Of a stretch of DNA of 64,000 nucleotides, positions 18,798-28,002 are shown piece after piece (the first letter of the stretch is position 1; each line of letters starts with the position of its first letter). A program made the translations under genes and the position numbers. The notes beneath the pieces were generated by a model. That model had not been told where the DNA came from, did no database searches, and saw nothing but the letters and a program-made list of their open reading frames with translations. This stretch comes from an uncultured Pelagibacteraceae bacterium (GTDB taxonomy: Bacteria; Pseudomonadota; Alphaproteobacteria; Pelagibacterales; Pelagibacteraceae), in contig CACNVX010000004.1 of NCBI GenBank assembly GCA_902624045.1, positions 683-64,682 on the forward strand, written 5' to 3'.

Positions 18798-19886
18798 TTC
18801 AGAACAAATTAATCCATCTAAGGGCTTTGGATGAAACCAAGTTGATTTCGGAGGCATAAATTTTTTTTTATCAGCAATTCTCATAACACTTGAAATATTT
18901 GTGGGGGAAAGTCTGAAAGCGATATCAAATTTTTTTGAATTTACTAACTTCTTTAGAATAATTGAGCCATTAATTCCAGAAATAAAGTCAATTTTATTAA
19001 CTTTTATTTTATTAATAATATTTTCATGTAGAGTTTCTACATCTAATTTATTATTGTTTTTAATCTGTTTCAGTGAAAACCATTGATGCTTAACATACAT
19101 TTCCATATTACCTTTTTTTAATCTTTTTGAATTATTCTTAATTTTTTTGATTATAAAATTTCTACCTATAATATTAAAAATTTTTTCAATTCTTAAATTG
19201 CTTTTTAATACTCTGTTATAATCTAATATTTTAATTTGATTGTGAGGGAAAGCAATTATCATTGGTGATATTTTTTTATTACTATTAATCATGCCTTGGA
19301 TTCTATGATGACCATCACAAATGTATATTTTATTAATTTTATTAATTAATTTTTTTAAAGATTTTTGACTTTTTTCTCTATCAACAATCCATACTTGATG
19401 ATTAAATTTGTCCAAGGATCTAAATGAATAAATTGGCTTTGATTTTGTGATTTTTATTAAAAAATTTTGCAGGTATTTGTTTTGCTTATAAGCTGTATAA
19501 ATCGGGCCAATTTGAGTTGAAATATTTAAGATCTGTTTCTTTCTTTCAAAAACTCTATTTTTAAAAGTTTCTTCGTGACCTAAAATATTTTTGTTGTCAT
19601 AATTATTTAAATCTATTCTACCTAGTATACCAATTTGTTGATGGTTTTTATCAGATATTTTATAAATATAATAACAATCTTTAATTTCTTTATTTATCAT
19701 TTGTTTATTCTTCATATTTTTAAAATATTTTTTAGATTGAATTAGATTTTTGCTAGTCAAAATTTTTAAATAACCAAACTCTGGATGGGATTTTAAACTA
19801 TTAAAATATTTTGGATTTGGAGTTGAAATTTTACGTGCGAGTCTATTTATTGGTCTTAAAGCTTTAAATGGATTAATTAGACTCAA
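18792..19886 (-). CDS. DUF1015 family protein (ParB/Srx-like DGHHR motif)
   Basis: PFKALRP, HEET, IYICDGHHR, ILDYNR, MPPKSTWFHPK. Confidence 0.85.
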   Translation of the reverse strand: MSLINPFKALRPINRLARKISTPNPKYFNSLKSHPEFGYLKILTSKNLIQSKKYFKNMKNKQMINKEIKDCYYIYKISDKNHQQIGILGRIDLNNYDNKNILGHEETFKNRVFERKKQILNISTQIGPIYTAYKQNKYLQNFLIKITKSKPIYSFRSLDKFNHQVWIVDREKSQKSLKKLINKINKIYICDGHHRIQGMINSNKKISPMIIAFPHNQIKILDYNRVLKSNLRIEKIFNIIGRNFIIKKIKNNSKRLKKGNMEMYVKHQWFSLKQIKNNNKLDVETLHENIINKIKVNKIDFISGINGSIILKKLVNSKKFDIAFRLSPTNISSVMRIADKKKFMPPKSTWFHPKPLDGLICSEL

Positions 19887-19894
19887 ATTAAGAA

Positions 19895-21256
19895 TTAAGC
19901 AATTTTTGGAAGATCTTCTAGGGCTTTATCCATACTTCCTTTATCAAACTTATCTTCTGCAAGGTTACCTTCGAAATAATCTCCATATGCTTTCATGTCA
20001 AAATGACCATGGCCACATAAATTAAATAATATAGTTTTAGATTCTCCGTTTTTTTTACATTCTAATGCAGCATCAATCGCACCTTTTACTGCATGAGTTG
20101 CTTCTGGAGCTGGCACAATTCCCTCAGTTCTTGCAAAATTTACTCCTGCTTCAAAACATTCTTTTTGACCATATGCTTTTGCTTCAAGAGCATTAATTTC
20201 TTTTAGGTGACTTACTAATGGTGCCATACCATGATATCTTAAACCACCTGAATGAGTAGCTGGAGGAATAAATTGAGATCCAAGTGTATGCATTTTTACT
20301 AACGGTGTTAATTTACCTGTATCCCCAAAATCATATACATATTTTCCCTCTGTTAATGTTGGGCAAGATTTAGGTTCGCATGCAATAACTCTTGTTTTTT
20401 TTCCTTCTCTAAAATTTTTTCCTAAGAAAGGATTTGCTAATCCTGAAAAATTACTTCCACCACCTGTACACCCGACTAAAATATCTGGATAATCATCTGC
20501 CATCTCCATTTGAAGTAGCGCTTCATTTCCTACAATAGTTTGGTGCATTAATACATGATTTAAAACACTTCCTAATGCATATTTTGTATCAGGATTTTTT
20601 GCAGCCATTTCTACGGCCTCTGAAATTGCTATACCCAAACTTCCTGTATTGTTTGGATCTTTTGCTAAAATTGCTTTTCCACTATCAGTTTCACTTGATG
20701 GACTTGCTACACATCTAGCACCATAAGTTTGCATTACGAGTTTTCGGTAAGGCTTTTGTTCAAAACTTACTTTTACCATGTAAACATCTAATTCAATTCC
20801 AAATAATTTACATGCAAACGCTAATGAGGTTCCCCATTGACCAGCACCAGTTTCTGTAGTTATTTTTTTTGTGCCTTCCTCTTTATTATAGAATGCTTGT
20901 GCTACAGCTGTATTAGGTTTGTGACTACCAGATGGGCTTACGCCTTCATATTTGTAATAAATTTTTGCTGGAGTATCTAAATGTTTTTCTAATTTTCTGG
21001 CTCTATATAAGGGAGATGGTCTCCACTGTTTATAAATTTCTCTCACAGGCCCAGGTATTTCTATCTCTCTTTCTTGAGAAACTTCTTGACCAATTAAAGC
21101 CATTGGAAATAAAGGAGCCAAATCATCAGGACCAATTGGTTTTAAAGTACCTGGATGAAGTGGTGGTTCCATTGGTTTTGGCAAATCAGCACTAATATTA
21201 TACCAAGTCTTTGGCATTTTGCTTTCTTCTAAAAAATATTTAATTGTATCAGCCAT
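19895..21256 (-). CDS. trpB2: Type 2 tryptophan synthase beta-like PLP enzyme (TrpB2)
   Basis: WYNI, WRPSPL, GSHKPNTA, TETGAGQWG, GGLRYHG, NLCGHG; no trpA nearby. Confidence 0.92.
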   Translation of the reverse strand: MADTIKYFLEESKMPKTWYNISADLPKPMEPPLHPGTLKPIGPDDLAPLFPMALIGQEVSQEREIEIPGPVREIYKQWRPSPLYRARKLEKHLDTPAKIYYKYEGVSPSGSHKPNTAVAQAFYNKEEGTKKITTETGAGQWGTSLAFACKLFGIELDVYMVKVSFEQKPYRKLVMQTYGARCVASPSSETDSGKAILAKDPNNTGSLGIAISEAVEMAAKNPDTKYALGSVLNHVLMHQTIVGNEALLQMEMADDYPDILVGCTGGGSNFSGLANPFLGKNFREGKKTRVIACEPKSCPTLTEGKYVYDFGDTGKLTPLVKMHTLGSQFIPPATHSGGLRYHGMAPLVSHLKEINALEAKAYGQKECFEAGVNFARTEGIVPAPEATHAVKGAIDAALECKKNGESKTILFNLCGHGHFDMKAYGDYFEGNLAEDKFDKGSMDKALEDLPKIA

Positions 21257-21316
21257 TTTTTATAAACATAATTTTGAAGATAAAATATGTAAATTGCAAG
21301 GGTAAAATTTAATTGA

Positions 21317-23350
21317 CTATCTTAATGAAGCAGCAATATTTCCACCATCAACTGTTAAAACTGCTCCGGTGGTTTTTTTTGATACAGCTAAGTGAAAAAA
21401 GGCTTTAGCAACATCTTCAGCTTTGACTTCGTTTAAAAGCAAGTTTCCTCTCATATATTCGTCTGTAGAAACTTCTCTAGCTTTTGCTCTAGATTTAATC
21501 ATTCCATCATTTAACAAACCACTTCTGATTCTGTCAGCATTTACTCCATTTGATCTGATTCCAAAAGATCCATAATCTAATGCATATTGTTTGCATAAAC
21601 TTAATAAGGCTGTTTTTGGCAAACCATAAGGACCAAAGTTCTTTCCAGGATTTACAGATTGTTTTGAAATATTAAAAAGTAAGCATCCCTGAATATTTTG
21701 TTTTTTCAATATTTTAATGGTTTCAGATGCACAATTTTGATGAGAGAAAAAATTATCTTCGAAACTTTTTCTTAAAATTTTATCATCAATCTCTGCAATT
21801 GATCCTCCTGTTGCTGTTCCAGCATTGGATATTAAAATATCAACACCACCATATTTTTCAGAAATTATTTTGAAAGCATTTTTTACACTATTTCTACTTC
21901 TTACATCACAATATAAACATAAGTCTTTAATTTTGGATTGCATCTCCTTTACTTTTTTTGCATTATAGTCTAGTAAAATAATTTCTGCTCCGTAACTTTT
22001 AAATAATTTATATGTTGCTGATCCTATAGCTCCAAAAGCACCTGTTATTACGACTATATTTCCTTGTAAAATTTTTTTAGCTTTTTTTATTTTTGCTTGT
22101 TCTAAAGACCAATATTCTACATCAAATAAATCTTTCTCAGTTATAAATTTATATTTTGTAGTTTCTTCCACAGATGAAATTACTCTCGCATTTGTTTCCG
22201 TTAAATCTCCTGCAATTCTTGAAGCATTTAGGTTGTCACCAACACTAAATAAACCTACATTTTGAACTAAAATTACTCTTGGAGAAGTATCAAGCATTGT
22301 TTTTTTGCCTTTAACTTTTCTTTTGTTTATATTGAAATATCTTTCATATTTTTTTCTATAATCTTTAAAACTTTTTTCCGCTAATTTCTTAAAATCATCA
22401 ATGCTAGAATTTTGCTTTGGTGTAATTATTAATGGAAAAGGTTTAACTCTAATGACATGGTCTGGTGTTGCAGTTCCAAGAGATGAATATCTTTTTACTT
22501 CTTTTCCGTTTATAAAATATTCTAAAGCTTTATTTGATCTATAATTAAGTATAAATTTTTGATCCTTATTTTCAGATAATAACCCTCTTAAAATTGGAGC
22601 AATTTCGTAAGGTTTAAATTTAGTGTTGTATTTTTTAATTTGTTTAATTTTTTTTCGTTTAAATTTTCTTACAGTTTTTTCTGCAATAGAGACGTATTTA
22701 ATCATTAAATCATAAGATTTTTTAGCATCATTATCAAATGTAAATATCCCGTGGTTTAAAAGTATTAAACAGTTTATGTTTGGATTTTTTTTATAAATTT
22801 CATTGACTTTTTGCGCTAGAGCAAATCCTGGCATCACATACGGAACAATACTAGCTTTGGAACCAAAAATTTTTTTGCAAAGATCCATACCATTTGATCT
22901 ATTGGTAATGTTCACAATTGCATCAGAATGGGTATGATCAACAAATTTATATGGCAAAAAAGCGTGAAGAAAGGTTTCAACAGAAGGATTAGGAGATCTG
23001 ATGTCTATTAAATTTCTTTTTTGATAAGCCACCATATCATCATCACTTAAAGATTTTTTATTTTTTAAAGCCAAAAGTGGGTTTAATTTAACGGCAGGTA
23101 AACCTGCAGGCTCTATTTCAGACATGTCCCAACCGCTGCCTTTTACGCATAGTACCTCATAATTTTTGTTATCAATGTCTGTAATTGAGGTTTTTACAGA
23201 TGTATTTCCACCTCCATGTAAAACTAATTCGCTATTTCTCCCTAGTAGTCTGGTCGTATAGACTCTTAGAGCCATATCTTTTGAATGACCAAGTTTCTTA
23301 TACTTTTTAATGTATTTTTTAGCTTCTGAATTTGACCAATTGTTTTTCAC
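21317..23350 (-). CDS. Bifunctional class II aldolase / short-chain dehydrogenase (RhaEW/RhaD-like fusion)
   Basis: HGGGNTS, PSVETFLH, HTH and NHG metal ligands; C-terminal SDR with TGAFGAIG, NAG, YGLPK. Confidence 0.88.
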   Translation of the reverse strand: MKNNWSNSEAKKYIKKYKKLGHSKDMALRVYTTRLLGRNSELVLHGGGNTSVKTSITDIDNKNYEVLCVKGSGWDMSEIEPAGLPAVKLNPLLALKNKKSLSDDDMVAYQKRNLIDIRSPNPSVETFLHAFLPYKFVDHTHSDAIVNITNRSNGMDLCKKIFGSKASIVPYVMPGFALAQKVNEIYKKNPNINCLILLNHGIFTFDNDAKKSYDLMIKYVSIAEKTVRKFKRKKIKQIKKYNTKFKPYEIAPILRGLLSENKDQKFILNYRSNKALEYFINGKEVKRYSSLGTATPDHVIRVKPFPLIITPKQNSSIDDFKKLAEKSFKDYRKKYERYFNINKRKVKGKKTMLDTSPRVILVQNVGLFSVGDNLNASRIAGDLTETNARVISSVEETTKYKFITEKDLFDVEYWSLEQAKIKKAKKILQGNIVVITGAFGAIGSATYKLFKSYGAEIILLDYNAKKVKEMQSKIKDLCLYCDVRSRNSVKNAFKIISEKYGGVDILISNAGTATGGSIAEIDDKILRKSFEDNFFSHQNCASETIKILKKQNIQGCLLFNISKQSVNPGKNFGPYGLPKTALLSLCKQYALDYGSFGIRSNGVNADRIRSGLLNDGMIKSRAKAREVSTDEYMRGNLLLNEVKAEDVAKAFFHLAVSKKTTGAVLTVDGGNIAASLR

Positions 23351-23435
23351 AGTTACAACCTCAAGGAAGTATTATAATAGTTTTTTGTTTGAAAGAAGCA
23401 AAAAATTTGATTAGTAAGAATTCTTTGGGCTTATT

Positions 23436-24476
23436 ATGACAAAAGTTGGCGAGCATATTATTTTAGACATTATTGGAACCACAAAAGAATACGATCCATC
23501 AGTATTTGAAAAGGTAATTCATGAAATTGCAAAAGCTGCAAAAGTGACCATACTTAATATATCTAAATATAAATTTGAACCACAGGGATTTACAATTCTT
23601 GCATTATTAGCTGAAAGTCACATTAGCTTTCATACATTTCCAGAAAAAGGAATTATTAGTTTTGATTTTTTTACTTGTGGAAAAATCAGTCCATCAGTTG
23701 CAATAGATATTATAAAAAAAGAATTTGAACATAAGAGAATAGTAAAAAAAGAATTTAATCGAGATACAAAATCTTTGTATTACGATATCTATAGTTCACC
23801 AGGTTTACAAAAATCTTATGTTGTAAATGACGTTTTGGAAGATTTTAAATCTAAGGTTGGCCAACATATAGAAATATTGGATTTAGAGCAGTTTGGAAAA
23901 TCTTTGTTTATTGATGGTGAAATTCAAGTAGCTGCCACGGATGAACACTTATATAGCTCAACTTTTGTAGGTTCAGGTTTAAATCTAAATAAAGATAATG
24001 AACGAGCCGCAATTATAGGTGGTGGAGATGGTGGTGTAGCAAGAGAATGTATTTCAAAAAATTTTAACTTTATAGATTGGTACGAATTAGATCCTGAAGT
24101 TGTAGATGTTTGCAATAAACATCTTGGAGATATTGGTAAAAAAGCAACTGAAAAAAATTCTGTTAAATGTGTTTGGGGAGATGCTTTTGAAAGTATAAAA
24201 TCAATTGGAGATGACACATACGATCATATATTTGTTGATCTTAATGATGATCAGTTTTGTATAGATCTAGCAGCTAAAAACATGGAGTCTTTAGTTAGAA
24301 TTTTAAAGCCAAAAGGAGTTATTACAGCTCAAGTGGGAAGTCAGGATAAAAAACCACATCAGGTTGAAAATTGGTTAAATGTTTTTAACCAAAATTTTGG
24401 TAATGCAAAATTATCAAGAGTTTATATACCAAGTTTTGATTGTTCTTGGAATTTTTCTTCATCAATAAATCATTAA
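23436..24476 (+). CDS. S-adenosylmethionine decarboxylase / spermidine synthase-like fusion (SpeD-SpeE)
   Basis: LAESHISFHTFPE pyruvoyl site and DFFTCG, followed by IDGEIQ, IIGGGDGG, ELDPEV. Confidence 0.88.
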   Translation: MTKVGEHIILDIIGTTKEYDPSVFEKVIHEIAKAAKVTILNISKYKFEPQGFTILALLAESHISFHTFPEKGIISFDFFTCGKISPSVAIDIIKKEFEHKRIVKKEFNRDTKSLYYDIYSSPGLQKSYVVNDVLEDFKSKVGQHIEILDLEQFGKSLFIDGEIQVAATDEHLYSSTFVGSGLNLNKDNERAAIIGGGDGGVARECISKNFNFIDWYELDPEVVDVCNKHLGDIGKKATEKNSVKCVWGDAFESIKSIGDDTYDHIFVDLNDDQFCIDLAAKNMESLVRILKPKGVITAQVGSQDKKPHQVENWLNVFNQNFGNAKLSRVYIPSFDCSWNFSSSINH

Positions 24477-24535
24477 TTTTTCTTTTTTATTATTTAAAAT
24501 TATGAAATAATTGTCTCTAATTTAAGGAGATAACA

Positions 24536-25387
24536 ATGAATATATTTAAGAAAACTATTTTAACAGTTCTTGCTTCTTTGTTTTTCATCGGAAATGTTTC
24601 TGCTGAAAAAATAAAAATTGGAACTGAAGGCGCTTACCCTCCATGGAATTCAAAAGATGCATCAGGTAATCTTATTGGTTTTGAGGTTGAACTTGCTCAA
24701 GAACTTTGTGCAATTATGAAGTATGATTGTACGATTGTTGAACAAGATTGGGATGGAATGATCCCTGCTCTAGTAATGAGAAAATTTGATGCCATCATGG
24801 CTGGAATGTCTATTACTGCTGAGAGACAAAAAACTATTACTTTTTCACAAGGTTATGCTGACGAAGTAGCATCTCTTGCTGTAATGAAAGGATCAAGTTT
24901 AGAGGGAATGGATACACCAGAAGGTATTAATTTATCATTAGGTGGTTCGGATGTTAAGAAAGCTCTTAAAACTTTGACAGGTGCTTTAGCTGGTAAAACT
25001 GTATGTACTCAAACAGGAACAATTCACCAAAACTTTTTAGAGTCAGGTGACGTAGGGAGTGTAAATGTTAGAACATACAAAACTCAAGATGAAGTTAACC
25101 TTGATCTAACATCTGGAAGATGTGACGTTGCTTTAGCAGCAGCAGTAGCATTTACAGATTATGCAGATAAATCAGGTAAACCAGTTATATTAGTTGGACC
25201 AACTTTTTCAGGTGGTGCATTTGGTAATGGTGTAGGTGTTGGTATCAGACAAGCTAGCGATAGTGCGATTGGAAAAAGAGATGCTAAAATCTTAAAAGAC
25301 TTCAACAAAGCAATTAACAAAGCTAGAAAACAAGGAATTATTAGCAAACTTGCTATTAAGCACTTTGGTTTTGACGCTTCTATGTAA
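24536..25387 (+). CDS. Polar/basic amino acid ABC transporter substrate-binding protein (Arg/Lys/Orn/octopine family)
   Basis: Signal peptide, TEGAYPPWN, QDWDGMIPAL, MSITAER. Confidence 0.88.
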   Translation: MNIFKKTILTVLASLFFIGNVSAEKIKIGTEGAYPPWNSKDASGNLIGFEVELAQELCAIMKYDCTIVEQDWDGMIPALVMRKFDAIMAGMSITAERQKTITFSQGYADEVASLAVMKGSSLEGMDTPEGINLSLGGSDVKKALKTLTGALAGKTVCTQTGTIHQNFLESGDVGSVNVRTYKTQDEVNLDLTSGRCDVALAAAVAFTDYADKSGKPVILVGPTFSGGAFGNGVGVGIRQASDSAIGKRDAKILKDFNKAINKARKQGIISKLAIKHFGFDASM

Positions 25388-25399
25388 TTCATTTCAGAT

Positions 25400-25426
25400 T
25401 TGGCGACTATAATATATAGTCGCCAA
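25400..25426 (+). promoter_or_regulatory. Stem-loop after the SBP gene (probably mRNA-stabilising)
   Basis: Perfect 12-bp inverted repeat ttggcgactata-ata-tatagtcgccaa, no U-tract. Confidence 0.6.
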
Positions 25427-25431
25427 TCTAT

Positions 25432-26124
25432 ATGGAATTTCTCGCATTTGGTAAAACAGGTTGGGGTGATGAGTTATTTTACGCAACCTTAATGACAATT
25501 GCTGTATCAATTACAGCAATGTTGGTTGGTTTCTTTTTTGCATTAATTTTTACACCTTTAAAACTTTCAAAATATAAAACATTAAATTTAGTTGGTAATT
25601 TTTACACAACAGTTATTCGAGGAGTCCCTGAACTACTAGTAATATACCTTTTCTTTTTTGGTGGAAGTGGAGCCATCATGTATGTAGCTTCAATTTTTGG
25701 TTATTATGAATACATAGAAATTAACGCCTTTATTACTGGTTCAATGGCTATTGGCATTATTTCTGGAGCTTATTCAACTGAAGTATTTAGAGGCGCCATA
25801 CAATCTATAGATAAAGGCCAGTTTGAAGCAGCAAAGGTGCTTGGAATAAATAAGTTTGGTCAATTTTATAAAATAATTTTACCTCAAATGCTAAGGTTAG
25901 CTATTCCAAATTTAAGTAATGTTTGGCAAATAACTTTAAAAGACACTTCTTTGATTTCAGTAACAGGATTGGTTGAGATTATGAGACAATCATATATCGC
26001 AGCTGGTTCAACAAGAGATCCATTATTCTTCTATTCATTTGCAGCAGTTTTATATCTTATGCTCACTTACGTGAGTATGAAATTAATTAATAAGTTAGAA
26101 GTTAGGTATAGCAGGGGGTATTAA
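25432..26124 (+). CDS. Amino acid ABC transporter permease (HisQ/OccQ-like)
   Basis: YTTVIRGVPEL, GQFEAAKVLG, LKDTSL. Confidence 0.9.
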   Translation: MEFLAFGKTGWGDELFYATLMTIAVSITAMLVGFFFALIFTPLKLSKYKTLNLVGNFYTTVIRGVPELLVIYLFFFGGSGAIMYVASIFGYYEYIEINAFITGSMAIGIISGAYSTEVFRGAIQSIDKGQFEAAKVLGINKFGQFYKIILPQMLRLAIPNLSNVWQITLKDTSLISVTGLVEIMRQSYIAAGSTRDPLFFYSFAAVLYLMLTYVSMKLINKLEVRYSRGY

Positions 26125-26801
26125 TGGATTTTGATTTAATGATAACTAGTTTCCCTAAACTTTTAGGAGCAACAGTAGTTACTTTAAAATTATTATCTGC
26201 ATCATTATTTTTTGGATTATTCTTAGGTCTTTTCTTTGCAATTTTAAGATTAAACAAAAATATATTTATTAATAGATTTGCATATGGCTATTCTTATGTA
26301 TTCAGAGGAACACCATTACTGGTACAGATTTTTATTATTTATTTTGGATTAGGACAAATAGAATATTTTAGATCTACTTTTTTGTGGGTGATATTTAAAG
26401 AACCTTATTGGTGTGCAATAATAGCATTTACTTTAAATACCGGTGCATATACCTCTGAAATTTTAAGATCAGCATTTCAAACAATAAAACCAGGTATAAT
26501 TGAGGCTGGGAAAAGTTTAGGTATATCAAATAAGATAATCTTTTATAAAATTCAAATTCCAATTGCTATTCGACAATCACTCCCCGCATACGGAAATGAA
26601 ATTATATTAATGATGAAGGGAACTTCCTTGGCAAGCACGGTAACTTTAATGGATTTAACTGGTGTTGCTAAATATATAATTTCAACAACTTTTAAACCAA
26701 TCGAAGTATTCATTGTTGCTGGTGGAATTTATTTGTTTATGACTTTTGTTATTCATAATTTGATTAAATATTTAGAGAAAAAGTATAGCTTTCAACAATA
26801 A
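26124..26801 (+). CDS. Amino acid ABC transporter permease (HisM/OccM-like)
   Basis: FRGTPLLVQ, AYTSEILR, LPAYGNE. Confidence 0.9.
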   Translation: MDFDLMITSFPKLLGATVVTLKLLSASLFFGLFLGLFFAILRLNKNIFINRFAYGYSYVFRGTPLLVQIFIIYFGLGQIEYFRSTFLWVIFKEPYWCAIIAFTLNTGAYTSEILRSAFQTIKPGIIEAGKSLGISNKIIFYKIQIPIAIRQSLPAYGNEIILMMKGTSLASTVTLMDLTGVAKYIISTTFKPIEVFIVAGGIYLFMTFVIHNLIKYLEKKYSFQQ

Positions 26802-26802
26802 A

Positions 26803-27591
26803 ATGTTTTTATCTGATAGACAAATTAAAGATTATCAAAATGACGGTGTGATAATAATTAAGGATATATTTAAAGATTGGATTGAACCACTTAGAACAGG
26901 ATTTCAAAAAGTTTTAGACAATCCAAGTAAGCACGGAAGAGAAAATGTAACTGATGATAATGGAAGATTTTTCGAGGATTATTGTAACTGGGAGAGGATA
27001 GAGGAATTTAAGGATTGTTTATATAATTCACCTGGGGCTCAAATAGTTGCAGAAGCAACTAATTCTAAATCAATTCAAATCTTTCATGAACATATTTTTA
27101 TAAAGGATCCAGGTACTCACAAAGAAACACCCTGGCATCAAGATATGCCATATTATTGTGTTGACGGTAATCATACTGGAAGTTTTTGGATTCCACTAGA
27201 TGAAGTTGATCAAAAAAATAATCTTAAATTAATCTTAGGATCTCACAAATGGCCAAAGTTAATTAGACCTACAAAATGGTCAAATAACAAATCTTGGTAT
27301 GATGATGATAGTTCGTTTATGGATTTACCTTCATTAAAGGATTTTGAAAAAGATATATTTATACCTGAATTAAATTTGGGTGATGCTGTTTTATTTAATT
27401 TTAAAATTGTTCACGGCTCAACTGGAAACAGTACTTCAAAATCTAGAAGGGCATTTTCAATGAGATTTATAGGTGATGATGTTAAATATATTGATAGAAG
27501 GGGTCCGACTTCACCTCCATTTGATGGAATAAATTTAAAAACAGGAGATTCTATGAGAGATGATTGGTTTCCTAAAGTTTTTAGTAACTAG
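26803..27591 (+). CDS. Fe(II)/2-oxoglutarate dioxygenase, PhyH family
   Basis: TPWHQD, FWIPLD, HGS, RRA. Confidence 0.88.
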   Translation: MFLSDRQIKDYQNDGVIIIKDIFKDWIEPLRTGFQKVLDNPSKHGRENVTDDNGRFFEDYCNWERIEEFKDCLYNSPGAQIVAEATNSKSIQIFHEHIFIKDPGTHKETPWHQDMPYYCVDGNHTGSFWIPLDEVDQKNNLKLILGSHKWPKLIRPTKWSNNKSWYDDDSSFMDLPSLKDFEKDIFIPELNLGDAVLFNFKIVHGSTGNSTSKSRRAFSMRFIGDDVKYIDRRGPTSPPFDGINLKTGDSMRDDWFPKVFSN

Positions 27592-27970
27592 TATATTCTT
27601 TAATTTCTCTAATATTTGATCCAGTGTGATTGTTAATTTCCAATTTAATCTTTGCTCGATCATCATTTAAAAAGTGGACGTCTCTAGACAATTTAATAAA
27701 TTTCTCTCCAAAATCTTTATTTTTTTCACAATCTCTTTTGTCGTCTTCAATAATCCAAAGTTTAGCATTTATTTCTTTTAAATCTTGGAAAAGTTTTTCT
27801 AATCTTTCGTCAGATTTTACATTTTTTTCTAGTTGATCTTTTAGAATTGAATGTTCATTTGATATAAATTTGAGTTTTTCAGGATCTTTAATTTTTTCTT
27901 TTTTTATTTCTAAAATTGAAATTTTGTCTAATAGCTCTCCCACAGATACTTCTACTATAATTTTATTCAT
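27581..27970 (-). CDS. Conserved hypothetical protein (DUF6165-like)
   Basis: VSVGELLDKISILEIK, LWIIEDDKR, NDDRAKIK. Confidence 0.7.
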   Translation of the reverse strand: MNKIIVEVSVGELLDKISILEIKKEKIKDPEKLKFISNEHSILKDQLEKNVKSDERLEKLFQDLKEINAKLWIIEDDKRDCEKNKDFGEKFIKLSRDVHFLNDDRAKIKLEINNHTGSNIREIKEYTSY

Positions 27971-28002
27971 TAAATTTTATACTATGTTAAGTTGTTATAA
28001 AT

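Noticed and set aside
18792-19886. Very low GC and K/N/I-rich stretch suggesting foreign DNA or a pseudogene
   Set aside because: ORF is intact with all family motifs, and similar bias occurs in other genes here (aldolase-SDR, trmJ, prpD)
23351-23435. Possible SAM riboswitch ahead of speD-speE or mtnP, or glycine riboswitch ahead of the GcvT-family gene
   Set aside because: Gaps are 85, 41 and 4 bp, AT-rich, with no recognisable aptamer
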